Virus record (IMG/VR): IMGVR_UViG_3300045988_153285
Coordinates: 64,001-128,000 of that record
Reading direction: 5' to 3' (one strand)
DNA length: 64,000 nucleotides
Origin: a virus
Shown here: piece by piece, positions 1-8,738 of the stretch
How the letters are laid out: each line of letters opens with the position of its first letter
How positions within the stretch are numbered: position 1 is the stretch's first letter
The notes under the pieces: generated by a model
What the model saw: only the letters and a program-made list of their open reading frames with translations
Database searches by the model: none
Told to the model about the DNA's origin: nothing
Position numbers and translations under genes: made by a program

Positions 1-101
1 ATATAAATTAAAATAATACAATAAATATATTAAATTTACGAATATTATTGAATAAAATGGAAAGTATAATAAATGATGTTTAGTTTAAAGGAGATGTATT
101 T

Positions 102-626
102 ATGGGAACAATAGGTTTTTTTGGAATTAAGAAAGGTAATTTATATAAAAGGTGTTATACTTTCTATGATGCGTATCCATCATGCTTAGGAATTGAGATT
201 GTTAAATTTATAAATAATTCTACAATTCAAGAAATTAATAGCATATATGATAATATAGTGTTGGTAAATATGGATGACTTCCCTACAAGAAATCAATTTT
301 CTGATTGTGTATCGAATGGTTTTTATTCTAATCAAGAGTTTGGAGATGCTTGGGAATATATTATAAGGACTCCGAAAGATTTTGATCTAAGTATTTATAA
401 AAATTTTAGATATATGATAGATTTTGATAATGAAGAAAATAGAAGTAATTATAATTATTGGGACTATAACTATGTAATAAATTTAAATGAAAACACCTTA
501 GATATATACTACGATAATAAAAAAGATATTTATATTAGCTTTCCATTAGACGATGTTAATACACAAGATATGATAGAATTAGAAGATGATATAAATAGTG
601 ACGAATGTAATGAATATATTTATTAA
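102..626 (+). CDS. hypothetical protein, 174 aa
   Basis: Uninterrupted ORF with GGAG RBS (aaaggagatgtattt-ATG); no family motif recognised. Confidence 0.5.
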   Translation: MGTIGFFGIKKGNLYKRCYTFYDAYPSCLGIEIVKFINNSTIQEINSIYDNIVLVNMDDFPTRNQFSDCVSNGFYSNQEFGDAWEYIIRTPKDFDLSIYKNFRYMIDFDNEENRSNYNYWDYNYVINLNENTLDIYYDNKKDIYISFPLDDVNTQDMIELEDDINSDECNEYIY

Positions 627-741
627 TATCAAATCAGGTTGTATAAGTATTATTATATGAATCATATTTGAAAGAAGAGTAGATAAGATAAATTATTGAT
701 TATATCCTAAGTATGATGTAAAACTGCTTAAAAATAATTAA

Positions 742-790
742 ATATAAATTAATAAAATATGTTGACAAAAGAAAAGATTGGCATTATAAT
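742..790 (+). promoter_or_regulatory. sigma-A type promoter with conserved 17-bp upstream box (copy 1 of 8)
   Basis: ATATAAATTAATAAAAT-atg-TTGACA(762-767)-17 bp-TATAAT(785-790); heads the small-gene plus cas gene string. Confidence 0.75.
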
Positions 791-854
791 TAAATCATAC
801 CAAAGAGATACAAAAAAACAAAAGACTATAATATATATAAAAGGAGGTGAAAGC

Positions 855-1088
855 ATGAAAATTGAAACTTTGGAAATGGGGAAAAGATATGTTGTGACAA
901 AAGATTCTATGAGTGGATTTGCCAATATTGTAGGAATGGCTGAAGGAAATAAAATTGAATTTAAAAATGTTGATATTGACAATGTGGAGCTATATAAAGA
1001 AGATGATAAGATGTTTATCAAATTAGAAGTAAAAAGAGATAGTAAAGGCAACTTTGGATACATAACAACACCAAAGAATGAATTTTAA
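855..1088 (+). CDS. hypothetical small protein, 77 aa
   Basis: Track ORF 759-1088, but ATG 759 lies inside the promoter -35 region. Internal ATG 855 has AAGGAGGTGA 4 nt upstream. Confidence 0.6.
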   Translation: MKIETLEMGKRYVVTKDSMSGFANIVGMAEGNKIEFKNVDIDNVELYKEDDKMFIKLEVKRDSKGNFGYITTPKNEF

Positions 1089-1122
1089 TATAAAATAATA
1101 AATAAAAAGGAGACAAGAAGAT

Positions 1123-1299
1123 ATGTCATCAACAATAATAGCAAATTTTAAGGAAATTATAACGGATGAAAAAGGAATTCAAATAGAATGTGATAAAACA
1201 ATTCAAAGTGTAGGAGAAACATTAATATTGAAAGGAGAACGAGTAATTAAAGATTTTGAAATAAAAATTGAAAATGAAAATAAGGAGGTGAAAGTATGA
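1123..1299 (+). CDS. hypothetical small protein, 58 aa (paralog of 1696-1863)
   Basis: Below track threshold; RBS aaaaggaga upstream; stop overlaps next start (gtATGA); shares IITDE.G..I... and EIKI strings with 1696-1863. Confidence 0.5.
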   Translation: MSSTIIANFKEIITDEKGIQIECDKTIQSVGETLILKGERVIKDFEIKIENENKEVKV

Positions 1300-1679
1300 A
1301 TACATTACTAAAAGTTTATCAATGCAGCATATCAAAGAAGTTTGAATATAAACTGATCAATGATCTTGAAAATTATACGGTTAAATCAATACATAATAAT
1401 AGAGTCGCTATTGAAGATAATGTAGGAGATATCTTGTGGATAGAAGACAGGGGTTATGGCTTAGATATTGGAGACACCATAAGATTTAATAGATACGGTA
1501 TCAAAATATATAATGAAGATGGATATGTGGTAGATACAAAAGATTATAATTACAAGACTAGAGTTAAAGATATAAAAAATACTAAAGGTAAATATTTTGC
1601 AATTAAATCAATTTTAAGTTCATGTGACGAATTAAGAAAAACTATTGAAGAAGCTGAAATTGATTTTAATATAAATTAA
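1296..1679 (+). CDS. hypothetical protein, 127 aa
   Basis: ORF with AAGGAGGTG RBS, translationally coupled to 1123-1299. Confidence 0.6.
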   Translation: MNTLLKVYQCSISKKFEYKLINDLENYTVKSIHNNRVAIEDNVGDILWIEDRGYGLDIGDTIRFNRYGIKIYNEDGYVVDTKDYNYKTRVKDIKNTKGKYFAIKSILSSCDELRKTIEEAEIDFNIN

Positions 1680-1695
1680 TAAAGGAGATGAGAGT

Positions 1696-1863
1696 GTGAA
1701 GACAGTAACAGTAAAATTAAAAACAATAATTACAGATGAAGAAGGAAATGAAATAGATTTAGAAAACATAGATCAATACATAAGATAAACGTTGACATTA
1801 AAAATTGTACAAGTTAGCACAAGTAAAATTATTAAAGAAAAAGAAATAAAAATCAATAAATAA
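1696..1863 (+). pseudogene. paralog of 1123-1299 interrupted by an in-frame TAA (1786-1788)
   Basis: GTG start after AAAGGAG. The reading frame continues after the TAA to a stop at 1861-1863. The TAA aligns with a GAA codon in the intact paralog. Confidence 0.45.
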
Positions 1864-1878
1864 AAGGAGAGATAGAAA

Positions 1879-2391
1879 ATGAAATTAAATTTAATACCAG
1901 ATTTAATACTCATAAATGAAAGAGGAGAGAGGTTTAAAATTATAACTCAGCAAGCTGTAATTAGAATAGGTGATAGCGTTTTAATTAAAAATGACTTTGA
2001 CATTAGAGATGAATTAGAAAAGTTTTTTGAAGAATCAAAAGAATCAATTCTTGAATTAGAATACCATCCGTTAGATCAAAATCTAGAGCATACAGAAATA
2101 ACTACTAAGCGAATATATATTAATACATATGAAGTTAGAGAGTATTATAACACTGAAAAGGATAAAAATGATATGATATATATGTTTAGCGTTTCTGGTG
2201 AGAATACAAAGGAATTAATTGAAGAATATAGACACAGACAGATAGTTGAAAGTTTAAAAGAACAAAAATCAAAAGAAATAAAGTTTATTGATGAGGCAAC
2301 TCTGGAAAGATTGCTTAACGAAATGAGTGTAGGAACGCAAGAATTGATAGATTCAAATACAGAATTAATAAATAAATATTTAAGTATATAG
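1879..2391 (+). CDS. hypothetical acidic protein, 170 aa
   Basis: ORF with aaaaggagag RBS; last gene before cas5. Confidence 0.6.
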   Translation: MKLNLIPDLILINERGERFKIITQQAVIRIGDSVLIKNDFDIRDELEKFFEESKESILELEYHPLDQNLEHTEITTKRIYINTYEVREYYNTEKDKNDMIYMFSVSGENTKELIEEYRHRQIVESLKEQKSKEIKFIDEATLERLLNEMSVGTQELIDSNTELINKYLSI

Positions 2392-2465
2392 ATTTTAATA
2401 TAAATTAACAAAACATAGAGGATAAAGCCCGGAGTTGGGCTATTAAATAGATGTGAGGTGAAGAA

Positions 2466-3098
2466 ATGAGGTTTCATAAATTAATTATAACTGGCAATGA
2501 AGCACACTTTAAAATACCTATGAGAAGCAAATTTCAAAATACTTATAAAATACCTCCTATATCAACAGTTGTAGGAATGCTGCAAAATATATACGGTAAA
2601 GATATAAATGACTTTGAATTAGGATATTTCATAGAGTATGAGGGTGTTGGAAAAGAAATAATAAATATATATAAAGAAGTAAATAGTAGGCAGAAGACAT
2701 TGACTTGTTCAGATAGATTTACGAAAGATATTATATATGTTGAAAATTTATATAAAGTTAGGCTAGTTATCTACCACAATATAGAAAAAGAAATTGAATT
2801 CAAAGAACCATTGACATTAGGGAAAGCTAATTATCTTGCAAATGTAAAATTTGAGGAGATAGATCTAACTAATAAATTAGGTTTAGGATATAATCAATAT
2901 ACCCCTAAAGATATAGGATATGGTATGTTGACAAGAATTAATACAGTAACAAAATACAATGAATTAAAAGGTTATTATGAATATGAAACAGAACTTGTAA
3001 GAGAAAACTTGGAGGAGTTTGAGTTAGATAATAACTATGATGAAACAGAAGATATGAATATTTATGTGTGGAAATGGAGTGATGGAGTTGTTAGTTAA
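2466..3098 (+). CDS. cas5: CRISPR-associated Cas5 (type I)
   Basis: N-terminus MRFHKLIITGNEAHFKIPMRS..NTYKIPPISTVVGMLQNIYG matches the Cas5 hallmark (a.Fr.P...sY..PPpSt..G.l....G); GAGGTGA RBS; sits in a cas gene string. Confidence 0.75.
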   Translation: MRFHKLIITGNEAHFKIPMRSKFQNTYKIPPISTVVGMLQNIYGKDINDFELGYFIEYEGVGKEIINIYKEVNSRQKTLTCSDRFTKDIIYVENLYKVRLVIYHNIEKEIEFKEPLTLGKANYLANVKFEEIDLTNKLGLGYNQYTPKDIGYGMLTRINTVTKYNELKGYYEYETELVRENLEEFELDNNYDETEDMNIYVWKWSDGVVS

Positions 3099-3849
3099 AA
3101 AAATAATAATTATGAAAGGTGAGGGCAAGTTAGATTATAATTATCATTATGAATTAATGAAGAGATTATACGAAGCATTAACATTAACGGATGATAAGAA
3201 GGCATTGAATCTACACGATAAAGGAATAAGTGTAGATAAAAAGAGGTTTAAATTATTTAATTATACATTATGTTTCGATAAGGAAGTAAAATATTTAAAT
3301 GATGGTATAAGTTTTAATAAGGATAATAGTATTAGATTAATTCTATCAGGTGATACAGATATATTAAATCCAATAATTAAAGGACTTATAACTAAACAAG
3401 TAATAACCTTGAATGGTGTTGAATTAAAAATAACAAATATGGAAGACGATAAAAAATTTAACTTCAAAAATATAATGCTATATAAAGTAAGATCACCAAT
3501 AGTTGAAACAATATTTAATGGCGAAAGAATAGAGTATTTAAATCCTTGTCAAGAGAATTGGTATTCAGCTTTGGCAAATAACTTAAAGAGGAAATATAAA
3601 GCGGTGTACAATGAAGAATATGAAGGTGAGTTATTCTTTGACATAGAAGATATATTAAATGTTAAAAAGAAAATGATAAATAAAATCAAGAAAGGATTTT
3701 TAATAGGATATACAGATTTTGAAATATTTGTACAAGCTACTCCTAAGATGCAAAAAATAGCTTATAATTTAGGATTAGGGCAAAATAGTAGCTTAGGAAT
3801 GGGAGCTATATCTTATATAAAAGGGTGGAACAATGAACAGGACATATGA
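3082..3849 (+). CDS. cas6: CRISPR-associated endoribonuclease Cas6
   Basis: C-terminal glycine-rich loop GLGQNSSLGMGAIS (G.G.....G.G), RAMP-like N-terminal strand, RFKLFNYTLCF. Start chosen at ATG 3082 (track 3064), overlapping the cas5 end. Confidence 0.7.
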   Translation: MELLVKKIIIMKGEGKLDYNYHYELMKRLYEALTLTDDKKALNLHDKGISVDKKRFKLFNYTLCFDKEVKYLNDGISFNKDNSIRLILSGDTDILNPIIKGLITKQVITLNGVELKITNMEDDKKFNFKNIMLYKVRSPIVETIFNGERIEYLNPCQENWYSALANNLKRKYKAVYNEEYEGELFFDIEDILNVKKKMINKIKKGFLIGYTDFEIFVQATPKMQKIAYNLGLGQNSSLGMGAISYIKGWNNEQDI

Positions 3850-4960
3850 TGTATTCGTAGATAATGGGTTATTTGTGTTAGCATACTATCTAGATAAGGA
3901 AATAGAGAATATAACAGAACAAGATATATTTGATAGTATAGATATGATGTGTGAAAAGATAAATGAATTTACTGGTTGTGAAAAGTATTCAAATTTAAAA
4001 TCTATGATGTTTGCAAATTCAGCTTTGACACAACCTAATTCATCAAAGAAAGTAAATGACTTTTTAAATGACTTTTATAATTCTAAAGGCGAAGAAACTT
4101 GTTGTACTTGTGGAAATAAAACAGCAAATATAATTAATGGAGATTTAAATAGAAGTTATCTACCAAATAAAGTAGCACATACATTTTATAATTTCTCTAA
4201 CAATCTACAGGGTGTAAATGTATGTGGAATATGTTCTATACTTACAATGTTTAGTATATTAAATGCTAGAGTATATGGATTGGCTTACTTATATAATAGC
4301 GATAATGATGACTTTATGTATGACTATACATATGAACGTCAAGAAGAGAATGAAAGAGATATATTATCAGAAGCAAAGAAAAGTAAAGAAAAGATCAATA
4401 GTTTAAATACAGTTGAGCAGTTGATGAATAATACTAAGCTATATGATGGATATATACAAATATATAAATTCAACAATTCAGGACAAAACCAAGACATAGA
4501 AATACAAGATATTAATTCTGAAAGTGTTAAGCTATTATCCAATATAGTTAAATCAGGTATGTTAAATGAATTTAAACAATTTGGCTTAATGTACAATCTA
4601 ATCATAGGCAATTTAAGAAACGTATATCTTAGTAAAATAACAAAAGATGATGAAATGATATGCAGCAAAGAATTATTTGAGATGTTAAATAGAGAGGTAA
4701 ATATTTTGAGTAGTGAATTAAAGGAAGTTATAATAAAAATAGCCGATAGGTTAAAGAATGAAGATATAGTTAAGATAAGAAAAACATTAAAATTAATAAA
4801 AACATTTAAAGACTTTGAAGGGTTTATTGTTAACCTAGCTGAAGATTATAAAGATAAATATGATGACAATTTGTATACAGTTGACGAGTATATGCTATTA
4901 GATAATAAATTAAAATATAACCAAATTAAAAATTTAATGATAGTAAGCTTGATGCAATAA
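3833..4960 (+). CDS. cas8b: candidate Cas8b-like large subunit (short, 375 aa)
   Basis: Positioned between cas6 and cas7; Cys cluster CCTCGN...VCGICS; helical Lys/Glu-rich C-terminal half that could supply a Cas11-like small subunit. Assigned mainly by position. Confidence 0.5.
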   Translation: MNRTYDVFVDNGLFVLAYYLDKEIENITEQDIFDSIDMMCEKINEFTGCEKYSNLKSMMFANSALTQPNSSKKVNDFLNDFYNSKGEETCCTCGNKTANIINGDLNRSYLPNKVAHTFYNFSNNLQGVNVCGICSILTMFSILNARVYGLAYLYNSDNDDFMYDYTYERQEENERDILSEAKKSKEKINSLNTVEQLMNNTKLYDGYIQIYKFNNSGQNQDIEIQDINSESVKLLSNIVKSGMLNEFKQFGLMYNLIIGNLRNVYLSKITKDDEMICSKELFEMLNREVNILSSELKEVIIKIADRLKNEDIVKIRKTLKLIKTFKDFEGFIVNLAEDYKDKYDDNLYTVDEYMLLDNKLKYNQIKNLMIVSLMQ

Positions 4961-5000
4961 TAAATTAATAAAATTAGAGAGTAAAAGGAGAATGATTAAA

Positions 5001-6029
5001 ATGAAAAGAATGTTAAATATGAATTATGTTATTGAAGTTTTAGATGGAAGATTAAACGGAAGTGCAGTGGAAGTCGAAAGCAATAAGGATGGATTTAATA
5101 ATACAACTTTTACAAAGAAAATCGGTGGTAGAGCTAAGGTATCGGCAGTTTGTCAAAAGGCGAACATGAAGAATTATATGTGTGAAGTATTAAAAGAAAC
5201 TATTGGAGAAAAGACTAAAGAAGGTAAGCAAGTTTTAAGCACGCCTAACCCATATGCTAATTTATTTGATGATGTATTTGGATTTATGTTGGCGACAAAG
5301 ATTGAGTTGACTGAGGGAGAATATAAGGAATTACCAGAAGATGTGCAAAAAACATTTGAAAAGAAAGGTAAAAAATATACTAATAATGCAACTAAAAAGA
5401 GAACTTCTAACTTACAAATGAGTTCATTAATCAATGTGAGTAATAGAAGGGTTGAAACGGAATTTAATGTTTGTGCTACAAGTGGAGACAATATGCCTTA
5501 TAAAATTGAAACATATTCAGGAATTATGTCAGGAATAGCAAACTTAAATATAGGTAAGATAGGTGAATTTACTATATCAGATATTGCGTCAGAATATAGA
5601 GATTATACTGTTAAAGAAGCAGAAGTTCTAGGGGTTGAAAACCTATCAAGAGAAGATAAATTATCTAGAATAGAAAAGACATTAAATGCTTTAGAGTATA
5701 TGTCAATCAAAGGAAATCAGACAAACCACTTAACAGATACAAAACCTAAATTTATTATAATGGCTGATTATGGTTGGGGTAATAATGTATTCCAAGGAGT
5801 GATAAATAAAGATGGGTTAGATATAGAAATGCTAAAAGAATCAATAGATCAAAATGAAGAATATAGATTAAGTAATATTTATATAGGAGTTAATAAATTC
5901 TTTGATAAAAATAACAATTTAGATTTAGATACAATAAGAGAAGAATTAAGGGAATATGATTTCATAAAAGTTGATAATGTTCATAATACATTTAAGAATT
6001 ACATAAAAGAGTTAAGAGAGAATATTTAA
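5001..6029 (+). CDS. cas7: CRISPR-associated Cas7 (backbone subunit)
   Basis: About 340-aa RAMP-like ORF with KIGGRAKVSAVCQKANMKNYM resembling the Cas7/Cst2 r..iSg.a.K..iR motif. ATG 5001 has better RBS spacing than track start 4992. Confidence 0.6.
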   Translation: MKRMLNMNYVIEVLDGRLNGSAVEVESNKDGFNNTTFTKKIGGRAKVSAVCQKANMKNYMCEVLKETIGEKTKEGKQVLSTPNPYANLFDDVFGFMLATKIELTEGEYKELPEDVQKTFEKKGKKYTNNATKKRTSNLQMSSLINVSNRRVETEFNVCATSGDNMPYKIETYSGIMSGIANLNIGKIGEFTISDIASEYRDYTVKEAEVLGVENLSREDKLSRIEKTLNALEYMSIKGNQTNHLTDTKPKFIIMADYGWGNNVFQGVINKDGLDIEMLKESIDQNEEYRLSNIYIGVNKFFDKNNNLDLDTIREELREYDFIKVDNVHNTFKNYIKELRENI

Positions 6030-6127
6030 TTGTCGATGTAGTGGGATTTTAACACTAAGTTAATTAGACAGAAAATAAAAGACGGTCAGAGGTTGCAAAC
6101 TTAGTGTTAGAGCCAATATAGATACGG
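6030..6127 (+). promoter_or_regulatory. CRISPR leader with 11-12 bp inverted repeat and candidate promoter
   Basis: taacactaagt(6050-6060) / acttagtgtta(6099-6109) around a 38-nt loop; TTGCAA(6093-6098)-18 bp-TATAGA(6117-6122) would start transcription at repeat 1. Confidence 0.3.
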
Positions 6128-6751
6128 GTATTAATTATAATATGGTTATTTATAAACAACAACCTTTTAAAGTCATTATGAGTATTCCAATATGTATTAA
6201 TTATAATATGGTTATTTATAAATGAATGTGGACTCCTATATAAGATTATCTTCGATACGTATTAATTATAATATGGTTATTTATAAATATATATAAATTT
6301 TATGTGTTTCTTCAGTTTCTTCTGTATTAATTATAATATGGTTATTTATAAACTATAAATAGGTGTTTTTAACTCTAAATAGTGTCAAAGTATTAATTAT
6401 AATATGGTTATTTATAAATAGATCTACTGCCATTTTAATATTCATACTATTCACTTGTATTAATTATAATATGGTTATTTATAAACAGTGGTAATTCTAT
6501 TGTCAATATATCACCATAACTAGTTTTAATATTAATAATATATATTTATAAAGGTAGTAACAGTTTTAGGAACATTGACAGCTGGTGTGTTTAAATAGTA
6601 ATATAATTATTTATAAATGGTGTAGTGGTATACGACATCGAAAATAAAACTGCGTTTAAATATTAATATAGTTATTTATAAACTAAAAGGTCTTCCTAGA
6701 TACATTACATCTAAAGAAGTGTATTAATTATAATATAAATTATTTTATAAA
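6128..6751 (+). CRISPR. CRISPR array, 10 repeats / 9 spacers
   Basis: Repeat GTATTAATTATAATATGGTTATTTATAAA(C/T) is perfect at 6128, 6194, 6259, 6324, 6390 and 6457. Variant or degenerate copies lie at 6523, 6589, 6654 and 6721. Period is 65-67 bp and spacers are 35-37 nt, all unique. Confidence 0.95.
6575..6604 (+). promoter_or_regulatory. possible internal promoter inside the array trailer
   Basis: TTGACA(6575-6580, in spacer 7)-18 bp-TAATAT(6599-6604, in repeat 8); could be chance in AT-rich DNA. Confidence 0.2.
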
Positions 6752-6771
6752 ATTGAAAGGAGTAAAATAAA

Positions 6772-8718
6772 ATGTTAAAAGAGTATATAGCAAAAACAGA
6801 TAAAACATCATTAGAAGATCATAATAAAGAATTGACAAATATACTGAAACAAATAATTGATATATATGATATAGAAAATATAAAAGAATCATTGAATAGA
6901 TGTATTGAATATCATGACATAGGAAAATGTTCTGATTCAATGCAGAATAGATTAAAGGGAAAAGACGTTAATTTTATAAGACATGAATGGGTCGGTGCAA
7001 GTGTAGAAGATCTGACAGATGGTGAAAGATTGGCTATATTAACGCATCATAAAGATATTAGTAAGTCATTAGAATTAATTGATAATGATAAGTATATATC
7101 TGAATTAGAAGAAATTAAAAATAAATTGAATATAAAATTAAATAATATTGATGATTTTGTTAAGAAAGTAAACAAACCGAGGTGTAGTATTACAAAAGAT
7201 TTAGATAATATATTATTAAAGGGTTATTTAAATTATTGTGACCATTTATGCAGTGCAGGTAATATAACTATAGATAAAGGATTTAATTCTTTAGATAGGT
7301 TTAAGTTTAATAATTATAATTCTATTCAGAATAAGGCTATGAATACACGTGAAGACGTTTTAATTCAAGCTATGACAGGATTAGGTAAAACAGCGGCATC
7401 TTTATTGTGGAGTAATAATGTTCAGAATGAGGACAAGTCTAAAAGAATATATTACATATTGCCTTTTACAGCTAGTATAAATTCGTTATATAAAGATTTC
7501 TTAAATAGAAATATATCTACCACAATGCTACATAACAAAGCTGAATATTTTATGGACAAGCTGCATGATGAATATAATTATAAATTAATGAAGTATTCCA
7601 CTAAGCAACTAAACATTTGCACAATATTTCAATTAGCTAAGGCAATTTTTAGTTGTAAGAACTTTGAAATGATAATAGCTCAAATGAAGAACAGTATAAT
7701 AATGGTAGATGAAATACATTGCTTTGATTTAAAAACGTTGAGTTATATTTTAGAATTATTAAGATTTTTAAAATATAAATTAGGATGTAGAATCTGCATA
7801 ATGAGTGCCAGTATTCCAACTGTATTACAGAAATTAATAAAGGATAGACTAGATATAAACAAGGTTATATATGCTGATAAGCGTGATCTAAAAATAAGAC
7901 ATAGAATACATAGAGTAAATAAAACAATTTTGGATGACATAGAAAAAATAGAAAATGATCTAAGAGAAGGAAAGCAAGTTATAGTGTGTGTTAATAATGT
8001 GACTACTTCTCAGATTATTTATAAAATATTTAAAGATAAATATAAGTGCAAGTTGATACATGGTAGATTTAATACTAGAGATAGAGAAATTGCTGAACAA
8101 GGGCTAAAGGTAAATCAATTACTTGTAGGAACTCAAGCGATAGAAGTATCTTTAGATATTAGTTATGATACAATGTATACTGAAATAGCGCCATATGATG
8201 CTTTACTGCAGCGTTTCGGAAGAGTTAATAGACGTGGAGAAAAGGGAATTAGAGATATTTACATATATAATAACTATAATAAATGTATTTATGATGATGA
8301 ACTAATTAATAATACAGATTTAGTTATAGATGAAATAATACATAATGATAATAGAATAATACTTGAAGAAAAAGTTGAGCATTATTTGGATAAAGTTTAT
8401 ACATATATAGATATAATTAGCTACAATAAATATTCAAATTCTTTAGAAAAAGTAATAAATAATCTTAGAGTTGGAAACTATAATAAAAATAGCATAAAAG
8501 AGATGATTCAAGGTGATACAGTATCGGTAATTCCTGAGTGTCTATTGGAAGAATATCAAAAGCTGATAAATGATAGAGAATATTTAAAAGCTCAATCACT
8601 AAAGTTAAATATTAATTCTAATAGAATGAAATACAATAGTGACATGTTTTATATATGCGATGATTTGGTTGTATCGAAATATAAATATACATATGATTTA
8701 GGTATGGAGTTTGAATGA
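6772..8718 (+). CDS. cas3: Cas3 HD-nuclease/SF2 helicase
   Basis: N-terminal HD domain (CIEYHDIGK, RHEW, LTHHKD). Helicase motifs MTGLGKTAASL, VDEIHCFD, MSASIP, GTQAIEVSLDIS, QRFGRVNRRG. AAAGGAG RBS. Confidence 0.9.
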   Translation: MLKEYIAKTDKTSLEDHNKELTNILKQIIDIYDIENIKESLNRCIEYHDIGKCSDSMQNRLKGKDVNFIRHEWVGASVEDLTDGERLAILTHHKDISKSLELIDNDKYISELEEIKNKLNIKLNNIDDFVKKVNKPRCSITKDLDNILLKGYLNYCDHLCSAGNITIDKGFNSLDRFKFNNYNSIQNKAMNTREDVLIQAMTGLGKTAASLLWSNNVQNEDKSKRIYYILPFTASINSLYKDFLNRNISTTMLHNKAEYFMDKLHDEYNYKLMKYSTKQLNICTIFQLAKAIFSCKNFEMIIAQMKNSIIMVDEIHCFDLKTLSYILELLRFLKYKLGCRICIMSASIPTVLQKLIKDRLDINKVIYADKRDLKIRHRIHRVNKTILDDIEKIENDLREGKQVIVCVNNVTTSQIIYKIFKDKYKCKLIHGRFNTRDREIAEQGLKVNQLLVGTQAIEVSLDISYDTMYTEIAPYDALLQRFGRVNRRGEKGIRDIYIYNNYNKCIYDDELINNTDLVIDEIIHNDNRIILEEKVEHYLDKVYTYIDIISYNKYSNSLEKVINNLRVGNYNKNSIKEMIQGDTVSVIPECLLEEYQKLINDREYLKAQSLKLNINSNRMKYNSDMFYICDDLVVSKYKYTYDLGMEFE

Positions 8719-8738
8719 ACTTAAATTAAAAATTTAAA

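Noticed and set aside
759-854. Upstream extension of ORF 759-1088
   Set aside because: ATG 759 sits inside the promoter (box and -35), so it would not be on the transcript. The internal ATG 855 has a strong RBS.
6158-6720. Self-targeting spacers (matches of the 9 spacers elsewhere in this window)
   Set aside because: A by-eye scan found no convincing match, but this is not exhaustive. A computed search of the full genome and databases is needed before drawing any conclusion.
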